This document shows, in pieces, positions 1 through 14,900 of a stretch of DNA of 49,724 bases. How positions within the stretch are numbered: position 1 is the first letter of the stretch; each line of letters opens with the position of its first letter. Origin of the DNA: Priapulus caudatus (Eukaryota); assembly GCF_000485595.1 (NCBI RefSeq), contig NW_014577088.1, forward strand, positions 127,615 through 177,338. Reading direction: 5' to 3'. A model generated the notes under the pieces. That model ran no database searches, was not told the origin of the DNA, and worked only from the letters and a program-made list of their open reading frames with translations. The position numbers were made by a program, and so were the translations under genes.

Positions 1-1274
1 TCAAGTAATGAATACATTATATATTATTACCTCGAATTTGATTGCATTGAACTATCTCAGAACATAGATTAATATATAATTATAGTTAACACTATATACA
101 TTTTATATATATTTAGGTTATCACTATTAATCTAATATAATCTTGAACATGTGTATTCATACATTGATTGTATAGCACACATAATATATATATCCTTTCT
201 AACTTGTGTAGAGTAATATTTGCCACATCATTGACAATTACCTGTATTGCTTGAAACTATTCCAGTAACATAGCACAAATGAAGTTGAACCATATATAAT
301 GCTACACCACACACACGTTAACAATGACAACAATGTCTGTAAAGTAATTTAAATTCTTCCAGCGTATATCCACTTCAAATGCGACTTATGCAACACTGCT
401 GCTGCCTCGGTATTGGTATAAACACGTAACAAGTGTAATCCCAACATAAACCCCCAAGTCATATATATGCAGCACATACACATATAGTGGTTCCTGTGAT
501 AGAATGAGAGACCTGCAAAACTTCTCAAAACTTTAAGACATATCTAACCACTGGATCTGTTTCCAGGAGTAAGAGGACTGCAGGCGGCGAATGGCCCAAA
601 CCGGTAAGCATCAAGTGCCTCATATTTCACCTTCAAAAACTGCTTACTTATAATATCATCTGAACAACTTGGTATCACTGTAATACTGCAAGTGTGACTG
701 TAGGGCAACTGATGCTACATATTGCAGATATATTTTAACAGCACGCTGGGAATAGTGACCACTGCAACCTGCTGGTAACTTAGAGACATAAGAAATATTT
801 AAACATTTAAAAGATGAAAATGGGTTTGTTGTTATGCATCACTTGAAGATGCAGTCCTTACACACCGATAAATATTCGCCTTGCAGATAAGATGGGTTGA
901 AGATGTACGTGTACCTGTTTAGTGTTAAATAAAGTGGCAAGTGAGAACACCAACGTGCGTGAACGTGTGTAGAAACGTCTTGGTTTCAACAGAAACTTAA
1001 AAATGCAATTAAAATTTAACATCCTAAGAGGATCAAGAATTTGAGTATTTTATTACACATACTCTTGCACGTTATCCGGATGCGTCGATCGTACAATACC
1101 TCGTGACTCACACAAGTAAGTGGTCTTTGCCTGCATTCCGACTGACCCTGCTCAGATGACAATTTGGGGAGCAGGAAAGAAAAATTGTATTTCATGTGTA
1201 TGAGAACACAGAAGGTAAATTTGTAAGATTCTGCATTTTAACATTGAATAGTTGAACAGTCTCACTGTGCCACT
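1..1274 (+). repeat. Direct duplicate (copy A) of CFAP65 intron sequence 9344-10582
   Basis: Both copies run from tcaagtaatgaatacattat to gaacagtctcactgtgccact, collinear with scattered substitutions and small indels. Confidence 0.95.
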
Positions 1275-1763
1275 ATATATATATATGTATATATAAATTA
1301 TTAGCAGCTTATTAGGAGGTATATTGACTCCAAATGAGATAGCATGCTAACGATGACTAATAAGCTAGAACACCGGTATTAGCAAATTAGGTATATTTTA
1401 GAATTTAATTATTATAATTGAGGACTTAATATACACATTGTTAACCACACGCAAATCGTGGGAAAGACTCTATTCTACCATTGATTGTCATTTAGGGTAA
1501 CAATCTGTCAAATTGAGCATTGAACTTATATTTAAATTGTTGGAATTGATGGAAAAATTAGATGTAGTGTATATGATAAACAGACCATTTTTAGGCACAA
1601 TTATGCTAAATATACATACATATATATACGCACGCACGCACGCACGCACGCATGCACGCGCACGCACACAAATGGGCTTTGATGTAGAATCTCATAGAAC
1701 AGTGTAGAACTAATCTGTACTCTCATAAGCTGATAATATAATGTACGATATGCTTTTATTTAC

Positions 1764-1913
1764 CTTTAATGATCCTTTTATGCCCTCGCCTTCTACTCTA
1801 ATGACAACTGCCTTTGAATGTGAAGCTTGCGCATCTTCGCATGTGCAGACGAAAAGCACGGGCTTCAAGATAAATTTAGCCTCGGATTTGGGACTAAATC
1901 TCCATGTGTGTGC
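1764..1913 (-). CDS. CFAP65: CFAP65 exon 21 (AHTWRFSPKSEAKFILKP...RVEGEGIKGSLK)
   Basis: cccag| acceptor, AAG|gtaaat donor; matches TWTFSPLEETKY...RLVGVG. Confidence 0.88.
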
Positions 1914-2950
1914 CTGGGAAGATTAACATGCTACAATCATCCACACCCAACTGCAACTAGATGTATTCTCAAGGCTGTCTCTGGTAATTACCATAATGGA
2001 GCTAATAATTCAAACCTAGATGTACATCAAGGCCATCGTTTGTAAATATCATAATGAAACTAACAACACAAAACTATGTGTATTTAATGGCCATGGTTGG
2101 TACGCAGCATAATGGGGCAAATAACAAAAACTGTTAACAGTAGCAGTTGTGCAGTACAACCTAAACCAGAAGTGAACAGGTGGCTTTGCGATATTAGTTC
2201 AGGCACACTGTGCGAGGAACTAGTGTGTAAACACCCACCTGCCACTCATTTGGTCCAATAATACCAGATTTTGGTTCAACGCTCAGCACCGTAGGATCAG
2301 CATCATCAAACCTCCATTCATATCTATGAGATGCAAGAATTTTTTTTAAATGTATTTAATCCACAGCAGCAATTTAGAACATATGCCACACAGCAAAAAT
2401 ATTATACAAATACGCAGAGTTATCATAGTATATTGCACGTTAAAACTATGCATTCACCTTAGAGGGACTTTACAAACATTTCTGACACTGTAACTTTGTT
2501 CTGATGTCGTATGGATGCAGGTTGGCTTAAAATACGTAAAGCCATCATTTTCCAACTCGACTTTTGGCAAGTCTGCTGAACCACTTAGTTTGATCACCTG
2601 TAATGGATGACATTTGTAACGTTTGCAAGATGCCTAGGCAAAATATATATTCCACACTATTTCTAATGTGGGTCTAATAATTGTAATGCTTCCCATATAC
2701 TGCCAAACACTGAACTTTCTAAGCAGCCACTTCGTAAAATATTCCATCGCGGCATCATACTTGTGTGTTTCTACTATCATCATTCATCCTAAGTTGTAGA
2801 GTCTGTTCCTGCGCTCCCTTCCTAGCAGAATCCATTTCCAACACAAATATTTGATGCTGATCACGCAGCAGCCCTGTGCACGGCTTCACATGGAACATTC
2901 TGCAATATACAGTATAATCCATATTATGCATCTATATATGGATATATGTG

Positions 2951-2984
<34 letters not shown>

Positions 2985-5900
2985 ATACATATATATCGTA
3001 TATGCATATATGTATTTCCTCTGCTTCCATTTCATCCCTCTGGTTCTCAGCGCCTATTATACGGCATTAAAACTTATATGCTAACTGCATATGAGCAAGC
3101 TTTATTAACATACCCTGGCGTGTCCTGTCTGATATCATACAGGATAGGTGCGCATCCCATGTTTTTAAGCATTATTGTAGAGTATGCTGAACCACCTAGT
3201 GGTACTGGTGGGAGGTGCAAGTGTCTGGGCAACAACTCAAATCTGGGAAGGAACGTCTCACTCCTCTGAAGAAATGTATGTCCTAAAACATTGATGATCA
3301 TAACAGGGCTGTTAGAATTTAAATACATTTTCACAAGTTTCAATTGATATAACAACAAATGTGACTTTCAAGAAAAATCTGCATCGCAAATACACTGCAA
3401 ATGCACTGCAAATACTACTCACATGTTTTGCGAAGAAATGACGAAAAATAACATTAAGAAATAATACCGTATGGACTGACAAACATATATATGAAGTTTT
3501 AAACCATAAGCACATTACATCTCAGGAAAAATGACAATGTTGAGCAAATGCTGACCCAAAGGAAGCATTTTTATTGGGCTAATAGTTGCTACCACAGCTA
3601 AGCCAGCCTTTTGCTCATCAGCCAATTTTGGTTCATATATGAAATGAAGTCAAAGTAATAGCAGGAAAACAACGCTCACCTGTGACACCAAGGGTGAGGC
3701 ACCAGGGTGGATATACTACACTTCCTTCCAGCGGCTGGCTATTGCTTACAGACTTGTAAAAAGCATAGCACTCCAGCACTGCCCCATAGAATTGACCTTG
3801 CACTTCCTGGAGCAGGATATTGCCATGTCGTATTATATACGCAAACATACATTTATGCATAGATATATTTTTTAGCAAAAGAACATTATTATCTACATAA
3901 GCGATTTCATTTGAGGAAGAAACTAAACAAGTATTACTGTGGTAAAAATATAAAGAATTAATAAAATGTTCTAATAACTAGAAATAGAAAGAGTTCTTTA
4001 GAATTTATGAAAGAGTTCTATGGTAAATTTGTATAATTTATCCCACAGAGTGGTTACTCCTAACATATCTGTGGAAACATCATTCATCTTCATTGACATT
4101 GCATACACGTACAGGCAAAAGTAAATGTCGTTTTGCCTGCAAGCTGCATCTCACTGCATGGCGAGTTAGTAATGATTCATGTTACACCACAGTACCGGTT
4201 TAAAGGTGACCCAAAATGATGAGGATTTCAGAGGAGGAATATCACAACGCCTTGGAGTCACAGAAAATGCATGGTCAGGACCTGCGAAGATCATTAAAGG
4301 TCAACATTATCTATTCAGTTTACATGCACACGTGCGTGCGTGGTCTCACGTGTATGCACTCACGCACACACACACAGTCATAGTAGCTATTAAATGAAGT
4401 TGAATAGTAAATTAGTGAGATTAACTAAAACTAATGAAAAGGAACTACTTATTTATGTAGAAGTAGACATGTATGTGTCAGTCTATCTAACTGGACATCT
4501 ATCATGTAATAATTTACACAAAATTACAGGTATTTAGAGCCATTTGTGCACTGATTTAAACACACACACATGAAAAAATAAAGGTGCTTACTTCCCATCC
4601 AGATACAGGTGATTTTGGACTTTGTATGATTAGTGACCGTCATGCCCTTAAAAAACACAGCATTGTCATTACTAACCTGATTTCCCCATCTATGATTTTC
4701 CAACTTTACCGAACGATTCAGTGGTATGCCATAGGTTGTGAGCACAACAGAGTACAATCTTCTGTATATGAGTATAGCTTCATGCGACACTATAAACAGC
4801 TAAATCCACACAATTATAACCTGGATACATGTACTAGAAGATATGTCCTTTTCAGTTCTTACCTTTGGTTCAATACAAGCTAGGTCTGTGCATCTTCCAA
4901 ACGTCATCTCTCTCACATCCATGCTAACATGAGGTTCCTTATGCTACAAAGAACACATTCTTATTCAGCAAGTTTGCTAAAATATAGATACCATATATTA
5001 ATGCAAAAGCATGACTATGGAGAAAAACATAATAAAGTCAAACTAGAGGTATATCTATCAAATACCCTTAGATCAGAGAAATAGCCATCATGGAAAAGCT
5101 CATCATATGTCAGTGCTGGCAGCAGAGTAGGGCAGGTGTATTGTTTGCCTTCAGTAGTACTAGCTTTACCAGCCATCATTGGCAAGGTACTAGTCTCCGA
5201 ATTCGTCTCTCCTTCGTTTAACATGCTGTCAAGTTGCTGTATAAAGTCACAAGTTCCACAGTATATTAATTTCTTGAGTTATGAACACTAAGTAATTAAG
5301 GTTTAAAATACATATAGATCTTTAGATATTGTTTACGAATAATCAAACAAAGTTGAATTTACTAGAACATGTTGCAGTCAGCCCTTGCTTTTAATGAAAT
5401 GATAAACCATCACATGACTGCAATTCTGTAGTAATTTTATACCTCAGGGGAGTAGACAGATAAGCCCTTCTGTACAAGTGCATGGTAATGCTGCAGGTGA
5501 TGTTTCTGCAGAATAGCTGGCTTTACGTTTTCGCTGTGGTATGTTCCCATGACATCCACAAACAGAGGACCCTTGCCAAAATATAGGTTATCAAACATAC
5601 AATAACCTGTATATATATTACAAATCAGAGACTCATTCATAAACACATCTACTTATATTATTTGCCTATACTTACAAAACGTTTTTACACATGCGTGCCA
5701 CATAACATCTCTGCTATCATATCAACTGCTATTCGTTAACGCATTTCTGTGTTACTATGCTTATTGCACAGACAATGAAAACACAGGTAATTCGATGGTG
5801 TACAAACGAAGACGCGATTTAAGCATGCAGAAATACAATAAATCTCTATATGTTAAATGTCTACACTACAGTTTACCTGATTGTGAACGATGCAGATAAG

Positions 5901-8900
5901 TCTTCTGTAGTAGATTATAGGTTCAGATGGTTTGAAAGTAACAGTTAGAGTTTTCGACGATTTCGGTTTCAGAATGCCAGACACCTGATTTATACTAAAC
6001 GCACTCTCTGAGCAATCAAGGTCAAACTGAAAAAAAATAGAAATAGCACTAGATTTTTATAATTAAACATTACAATTAACTAACACGTAGATATCTAGAG
6101 ATATAAATGTGAAACCGAAACAAATGTTAAAAATGAGAACCACACAGATTTTCATTCTATTATTCATATGTTCAGATGTTCATAATCGCGACCATCAGGT
6201 ATAGGGTGTGCAGAGAAGGCTGGGGTGCATGCTTATAATTCAAGAGGGCATGTAACGGTGTGTGGTAGGCTTTGTGAACCTCGGAGTCGCCTATAGCAGT
6301 ATCAAACCGTACGCGTGGGGAGATAGGGTGCAAGCTCGTCTGACCTGGCTGACTCACGTAAGCTATTGAGCGGATGAGGCCTGAGAGGTAGTAGTGCGCA
6401 GGAAGCCACGCGAAATAGAGCTCGAAATGGTGTGTGTGGCTAGGGCTAGGAAATCGCCGTATTTTTTGTTTCCCAGGCCCAGAAATAGGCCAATGAGAGC
6501 AGCGTGCAGGTGGCTTGCACTCTTGTGTAACTCGAATAGGCAGGCATCGCAGTGAGCATAAACACGGGGGCATTGTAGCAAGTAAGCAAGAGGCAAGCTT
6601 CGGAATCTGGATGGCTGATGTACCCGATGTTAACTCAACTAATGACAATTGTTAGCATATATATATATATATATATATATAAACAAAGTCAAAGTAGAGA
6701 ATAAGGGTGTTTAAAAAGTTTAATTGACCAAGAACTAATTAATTAATCCGTCAATTAAACTTTAAACATCCTTATTCTATACCTTGACTTTGTTTTTATC
6801 TACACGGGTGTTCGTGTGTGACTTTACTTCTATATATATTATTATATTTATATATACCAATACTATACACTATATACTAACACTATAACACTCTACTATT
6901 ATATGTTATATGCTATATACACGATTAAACTACTGTTGCTACTACACTACTACACTATGTATTAGTTGCTGTTTATTTGGTATACATTTTCGCAGCTGTT
7001 CAAGCTTGCTACGCTCGCGGTAGGAGCGTGCAGGCATGTGATCAACTGTAAAGGCTCAACCGGCAGGTAAAGCTCACGGTAAACCAGTAGAAGCTGCGTG
7101 TGTGTAATAGCCGGTAGCTCACAGCGTGTAGCCTGTGCTGCGGAATGCGCGCCTACGTGTGATAAGGCGCTGCAGGACATGAATCTGTTCATCAGTGCAT
7201 TTGTAAGTAAACTCCCCCGTGCATTAACTAAGTTACACGTCGAAGTCGTGTGTTATGTGCCTGTCGTTCATAATAGCGTAGCATTGCGGGCGTGCATTGT
7301 GTGACGTCCATCCTCTGCCTAATCAATGAAAACTTCTGTCACCAACCTTATCTGTAATAGGAGTTAGGTGAGTGAGCTCTAGGGGAATGTCCCATCCCAT
7401 CCCACAGGGGCTCCCCCACCAACAGTGCTAGGCAGGCAGATCTGGGGCGGATATACACATTGCTATTTACTAGGTCAGAAGATCAATGGGAAATATGTAC
7501 GTTACATGCAGAATAACACGAGTGTGTAATAACCGATATATCCGCGCATATACAAAGAGCGAGATATACAAAATGGGCTCACCTGGTAATATGCAAGCGC
7601 ATCAGAGCAGTTGCAGATCTCTAATGTCTTGCTTGCTTTACACTCAACTTGCATGAAATTAATGCTATCTGATGATAACTTGACCTCTGGTCCTAGACAA
7701 TTTGTTTCATATGACATGACATCATTACAATAAACTTTACGTTCAAGCAGTTCAATGACTGACTAGAATTATGATAGAACTAGACAGAGGGCACTCACGG
7801 AGAGTGCATACCTCCACCAGAATGTAACATGTATGTGTATAACAGCTGGCTCGCTGCTGGCTGCTGCTGACTGGATGCCCTAAGGCGAGCTGCTGCTGAC
7901 TGGACGCCCTAAGGCGAGCTGCTGCTGATGCTGACTGGACGCCCTAAGGCGAGCTGCGGCTGACTCGACGCCCTAAGGCAAGCTGCTGCTGAATCGATCG
8001 CGTGAACACTAGTGGCTACACACACACACGAACACACACACGAGACCGATTACATTACCTCCTTGGCGGAGGTAATAAGTTAGTCATGTGCAATTTATTA
8101 ATCCCTAATACATATACTTTTGTAATGACTCTATGTGAATTAGTACAGGGTGCCAAAAAAAAAAGTACATTATTTTCTATTTACCTTTTCCAGCGCCAGT
8201 ACATTTGATGGTGATCTTTGAGGTGTCGTTGTTTGCTTGAAGCTCGAAGTATTCTGTATATTTCATGCCGACAGTTGCCGGTGAAAAGGTGACCTATTAA
8301 TTAAAACAGATGGAGAAGTTGGTATGAATGCTGGACAGAATAAAGGCAGAAACCCTAACCATATGCTATTTACTGGTCTATGAATGTTTGCATTTGTATA
8401 TATAAACGGTCTTTTTTTGTATCTATCAGGGGCGGCGCCACGGTTTTCAAAGTGGGGGGGCCCAATTGAGAGAATGAAGCGACCATGCCGGGGGGGCTGA
8501 GTTATTCGGGAGCGAAGCGCCAGAGCGAGGGAGCCAGACGATCGAGCGGGGGTGGGTGTGACGACAATTTTGCACTGAAATGGAGCGATCTGGTGCACAT
8601 CGAAGGTGAACNNNNNNNNNNAAAAAAAATGCAAATTTTTTTTTTTATTAAATGAATAAACAATATGCTGAAAAATCCATAATAATACAATAACCAACCA
8701 GTGGCTCCCAAACAAGGAAAAATTTGAATCTGATACAAGTGTTACTCACTGAAACGATACTGTCCAAATCACTATGCTCAATCCTGAAGATTTTTGATGC
8801 AGTGTCTGATCCTATGCAGTTTTTCAGTGTGATTGGCTTCTTCATCTGGATATTAAAAAAAAACTAAAATTACATTATGTTATATTACATTCCACCCCAT

Positions 8901-11900
8901 TCCATTCCATTTCATGTTATTTTTACATACCCAACTTATTTATTAATGATAATCATATTAATGATTGCAACTGTTATTGTTCACTACATTGGGAAGATCA
9001 TGTTCCACAAATGGTTGAGCCTTTTTCCGTAGTGCAACTGCTCAAACTTTAACTTGCATTACACATCAAATGATTGTTTACATTTTATAATGTAAATAGT
9101 ACACTAAAGCAGTTCTTTAACCTAACATAAACACAACTATCAATAGAGTTATATTTCACGTTTACTAGCTGATGTGCAAACTACCACATACTTTAGAAGC
9201 ATTCTCCACCTTCACACGTTTCACTGCTTGATCACCTATAGGTATGTTATGGAAGTCAACCTCAATGACCCCATTGTTGTTCTGCATTGCAGTGTCTCTT
9301 TGCTCTAGACTAGATACCACATGGTGAGAAAATTTACCTGTAATCAAGTAATGAATACATTATATATTATTACCTCGAATTTGATTGCATTGAACTATCT
9401 CCGAACATAGATTAATAGATCTTATAGTTAACACTATAATACCTTTTATATATATTTAGGTTATCACTATTAATCTAATATAATCTTGAACATGTGTATT
9501 CATACATTGATTGTATAGCTACTAGCTAGCACACATAATATATCCTTTCTAACTTGTGGAGAGTAATATTTGCCACGCCATTGACAGTTACCTGTATTGC
9601 TTGAAACTATTCCAGTAACATAGCACAAATAAAGTTGAACCATATATAATGCTACACGTTAACAATGCCTGTAAAGTAATTTAAATTCTTCCAGCGTATA
9701 TCCCCTTCAAATGCGACTTATGCAACACTGCTGCTGCCTCGGTATTGGTATAAACACTTAAGAAGTGTAATCCCAACAGAAACCCCAAGTCATATAGGTG
9801 CAGCACATACACAGATAGTGGTTCCTGTGATAGAATAAGAGACCTGCAAAACTTCTCAAAACTTCAAGACATATCTAACCACTGGATCTATTTCTAGGAG
9901 TAAGAGGACAGGCAGCGATTGGCCCAAACCGGCAAGCATCAAGTGCCTCATATTTCACCTTCAAAAACTCCTTACTTATATCATCTGAACAACACTGTAA
10001 TACTGCAAGTGTGACTGTACGGCAACTGATGCTACATATTGCAGATCTATTTTAACAGCACGCTGGGGATAGTGACCACTGCAACCTGCTGGTAACTTAG
10101 AGACATAAGAAATATTTAAACATTTAAAAGATGAAAATGGGTTTGTTGTTATGCATCACTTGAAGATGCAGTCCTTACACACCGATAAATATTCGCATTG
10201 CAGATAAGATTGGTTGAAGATGTGTACCCGTTTAGTGTTAAATAAAGTGGCAAGTGAGAAAACCAACGTGCATGAACGTGTGTAGAAACGTCTTGGTTTC
10301 AACAGAAACTTAAAAATGCAATTAAAATTTAACATCCTAAGAGGATCAAGAATTTGGGTATTTTATTACACATACTCTTGCACGTTATCCTGATGCCTCT
10401 ACAATACCTCGTGAATCACACAAGTAATTGGTCTTTGCCTGCATTCCGACTGACCCTGCTCAGATGACAATTTGGGGAGCAGGAAAAAAAAATTGTATTT
10501 CATGTGTATGAGAACACAGAAGGTAAATTTGTAAGATTCTGCATTTTAACATTGAATAGTTGAACAGTCTCACTGTGCCACTNNNNNNNNNNNNNNNNNN
10601 NNNNNNNNNNNNNNNNNNNNNNNNNNNNNNNNNNNNNNNNNNNNNNNNNNNNNNNNNNNNNNNNNNNNNNNNNNNNNNNNNNNNNNNNNNNNNNNNNNNN
10701 NNNNNNNNNNNNNNNNNNNNNNNNNNNNNNNNNNNNNNNNNNNNNNNNNNNNNNNNNNNNNNNNNNNNNNNNNNNNNNNNNNNNNNNNNNNNNNNNNNNN
10801 NNNNNNNNNNNNNNNNNNNNNNNNNNNNNNNNNNNNNNNNNNNNNNNNNNNNNNNNNNNNNNNNNNNNNNNNNNNNNNNNNNNNNNNNNNNNNNNNNNNN
10901 NNNNNNNNNNNNNNNNNNNNNNNNNNNNNNNNNNNNNNNNNNNNNNNNNNNNNNNNNNNNNNNNNNNNNNNNNNNNNNNNNNNNNNNNNNNNNNNNNNNN
11001 NNNNNNNNNNNNNNNNNNNNNNNNNNNNNNNNNNNNNNNNNNNNNNNNNNNNNNNNNNNNNNNNNNNNNNNNNNNNNNNNNNNNNNNNNNNNNNNNNNNN
11101 NNNNNNNNNNNNNNNNNNNNNNNNNNNNNNNNNNNNNNNNNNNNNNNNNNNNNNNNNNNNNNNNNNNNNNNNNNNNNNNNNNNNNNNNNNNNNNNNNNNN
11201 NNNNNNNNNNNNNNNNNNNNNNNNNNNNNNNNNNNNNNNNNNNNNNNNNNNNNNNNNNNNNNNNNNNNNNNNNNCACCGTATCCTCCTCCGAAGCCACCG
11301 TATCCTCCTCCGAAGCCACCGTATCCTCCTCCGAAGCCACCGTATCCTCCATAGCCACCGTATCTTCTTCTACCGTATCCTCCATAGCCACCGTATCTTC
11401 TTCTACCGTATCCTCCATAGCCACGGTACGCATGGGCAACACCCAGTACCTAAAAAGGCACAGCAGAAATTGTAAATGCATTGCAGGTTTGTGAGTAATG
11501 CGTGTCCAGTTAATCAATATGTGATTAAATTCATCGAACAACAAGCACTATATAAATAACATACAACAACTACATCAATGTAGGTTCTACACTTTTTCGG
11601 GTTCTCTCTGGGAATTCCAGAAGGCACGTTGGGCAATCAAGCAATTTTTTCCTTATTGCTAATTTGAATCAATTAAGCATTATATAAGTGGCCACAATAC
11701 ACAGGAGGTTAACTAAATCAGTTTGGATATATGTAAACATCAAGCTTTGAAAACACACCATGACTGTGTTGGTAGGCTGTCAAAAGTGAATAGTTGGAAA
11801 TCAAGGCATGATGATTAGGCAATCATGGCACGTCAGGAGATTTATGGGATGTCACAATTTAGACTCAGCATTGAAGGCATGTCAGACACAGGATGCCTGC

Positions 11901-14900
11901 ATGGGGAGAACCCTTCTCTTATTTTACTATACTTACCAGAACAAGAGCCAAAACGGCAACAAGGATGGTTGTTGAAAGCTTCATCACGACTTCTTTTCTT
12001 GTTTCTAGGCTGACTAAAAACGAGAGTTATGATATATTTATTGTCTACTATTATTACATATTATTCATTACTCATTTAATGTATAGAACAAATAATAATA
12101 AAGAAATATACGTAAACATTACATAAATGTATCTACGCCAAATGTCTATTTTATACATAAACTGGTTTATAGTGGAATGAAAGTTTATCTGTATTAAATT
12201 AAAATTCATAACCAAATAATGAAAAATCACATATATATAACACATGAATTTGTACTAATAATTAATCTAACATAACCAAAAACTTACAATAACAAATAAA
12301 TATAGTCTTAAACCTTTAGTAAAACGTTGCATATATAGACAAGAAAATCAAATCATACCTTGTATTGAAGGAAGCTGGCACTATGCTTGCAAACCGTGTT
12401 ATGTATCTCACTACCAGAGCCTCGGTCTTTTATATTACTCAAGTTTACCTTGACCCACATACATTTCCACAAGTGGTTTTAATAATCCGGCAGATCCACA
12501 ATATTTTTTTGTCAAGAAGATGACGGGGCACTTTTGAACAAAAGACACATCATGAGTGGCTCATACCGGGTTTACACCCACTCAAAATACCTCACATCAC
12601 AAGTCACTGTTTGCATTTTTGTGCAAAGGTCCCAAGATAAATGTCAGAGTAAGAAGATTTTATGTGGTTTGTTATTTTACAAAGGTCTCGTTGTTCGGGT
12701 ATGGAAGCATACTATCAGGAGTTAATAATGACAATTTGTCAACAAAATTATGCACACCTGTGTCAGTTCAAAATTGATGTGTGCATTTTATTAAATTCAT
12801 GTATCTGTATCTGGTTAGGAAAACATGTGACATATATATATATGTACTCCCAGAAAAAATTGCGCATTACATTTTATATCTGTAATCAAAAGCCATGTAG
12901 GTTAAAGTGACATCAAACGTGTATACGAGTAGTAAGAATACAACAAAACTATGTCTGAATTAACCTTACATATTCGTATTGGGAACAAAGTTTCCCATGT
13001 ACCGGTGTGATTGTCACTTATCTTTGGCATTAAATATCTAATTTATGATTTAAATATAATATTATTATAAAAATGACCGTGCATAATTTTATCATACATA
13101 GCCAATTACTTAGTCTTATTACGCCAAAATTTTAAGACAACCTTATAAAATGGCTTCGTATTATAGGGAATATCAAATAAAAAACCTTCAGTCCCTATAG
13201 AGAACTGATACACTCCCTAAAATAACGCTTGCCCTATGTACTAAGAACGCTCCAATACGTACCATTCTGCTGCAAAAAATACCAAAATATGAATACTTGA
13301 ATGAATTTATAGAGCATGAGAAAAATCAATTTATCTTATATCGAAATCTCATTAGCATATTAAAAGTTCTATATGAGGTGTATGGATATCAAAATACTGC
13401 ATATATATTCTTATGTTATTTAGAACCTATTCAAACGAAATATATGCAATATTCAGTGGCGAACAACAGGTCGTGACTCGTGAGTCTCGTGACTGTGAAG
13501 GATTTAGATATGAATTAGCAGACTTATATTTTATGTAAAGAAAGTCTGATCAGTTGTGGAATTTCTGAACAGTATCAGCTTATTACATCTTCTTAGTGCT
13601 GGGTGTATAGCCTTGAGTAAAACGAGTTTCCAGGACTTACCAGTGCCATGCAATGTCATAGACCAGTATTCATCTCCCTTCAGGCCATATTTGCAAACAG
13701 CCTGCCCTTGGTAAACCTCTGCCAGCACAGGTCTGAAAGTTGTTTCTGCCAAGAGGGATGACCGTGGTAACAGAACACCCTCCGCTGGATTGATGTTAAA
13801 TGGCAGACTAACATCCCACATAAATTCTGCTGGCATGGAACTAAAATGCAGTAGACGAATGTTTCAATTTATGATAATTTATGGTTACGATGACTGAGAA
13901 GCAAATGCAGTTGAGAGGGTAGATTGGCAATATTCTAAGGCATAGCAGAGCTCTCCTATAAGTTTAAATTATACATTGGTCGCACACGCACCCAGGCGCA
14001 CACGGGCGAGTTGTACCTACTCACGAAACAGCATAGATTTTCTGAAAATTTATTAACCTTCTATGTCATTTTGGGCATTTTATTTTCACCTAAAGAACAG
14101 AAAATGTTGAAAAAATACAGAAACATAGATATTTAAAAAGGCTGGAAATTAAGGAATACCGATTAGTCAATTTAAAACTAATGTCACAGGATTAACAGGA
14201 TGTTTCAAATTTACTTCAGTTTTGAAGAGATGTCACACCCAACATGTGTTATTAGCCTGGGAAGAACCCCGATATAAATGTGTATATATATATACAGACA
14301 CATATACATACATATAGGTTAAAAAGTATCATAATTCATTTGAACTTCATTCTCGTATTGGTGCATCACAGTTTGTTGAAATAATGTCTTCCATCTACAA
14401 AAACTAAATATATCACCTACATCAGGCAAAAACAAACTCATAATAACGTCAACCTTAAATTGTGCATCTGAAATTGGGTAGTAGTTTTCTGACTTAGAGC
14501 ACAGAATCCAACATCAACTGCAGCAGGTATAACCAGCTCACACTGTGGTGAAACGGCCCGTAGTGGTATCGTGAAAGTTTCTTTCTGTAATAATAAGGCA
14601 GAAAAGTATGTATTCATTAATATGGTGATAATTATGCAGGAGTAATTAGAACTATTAAATGTTGAATACCACATGGATAACTGATGACTTCACATGCATG
14701 ATCAAATATAATAGATTCACATAGATCACAGCAGTTCGAAACAGTCATATCCCTACCGAAGTTTGGATGTTAATTGCATCTTCATACACGTCTTTCTGCT
14801 CAGGTCGGAAGGTTACTGGCAGAGTAAAACTTGCTCCAGTGCACAGAACGATCGGCTCAGGAAACCGTGTACAGAAGTGTTTTGTCTTTGGGACACTGGT

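Noticed and set aside
345..1170. Exon-like segments as further CFAP65 exons
   Set aside because: No match to the expected downstream CFAP65 peptide, and the same sequence lies in intron 5 (9344-10582) with frame-breaking differences.
6172..7330. GC-richer intronic patches with a 158-aa ORF (-) as a nested gene or extra CFAP65 exon
   Set aside because: Not needed for the CFAP65 frame and no recognisable homology; possibly decayed retroelement sequence, but I cannot support a family call.
10560..11544. Long ORFs of 264 and 324 aa
   Set aside because: They span the 692-N gap and a minisatellite.
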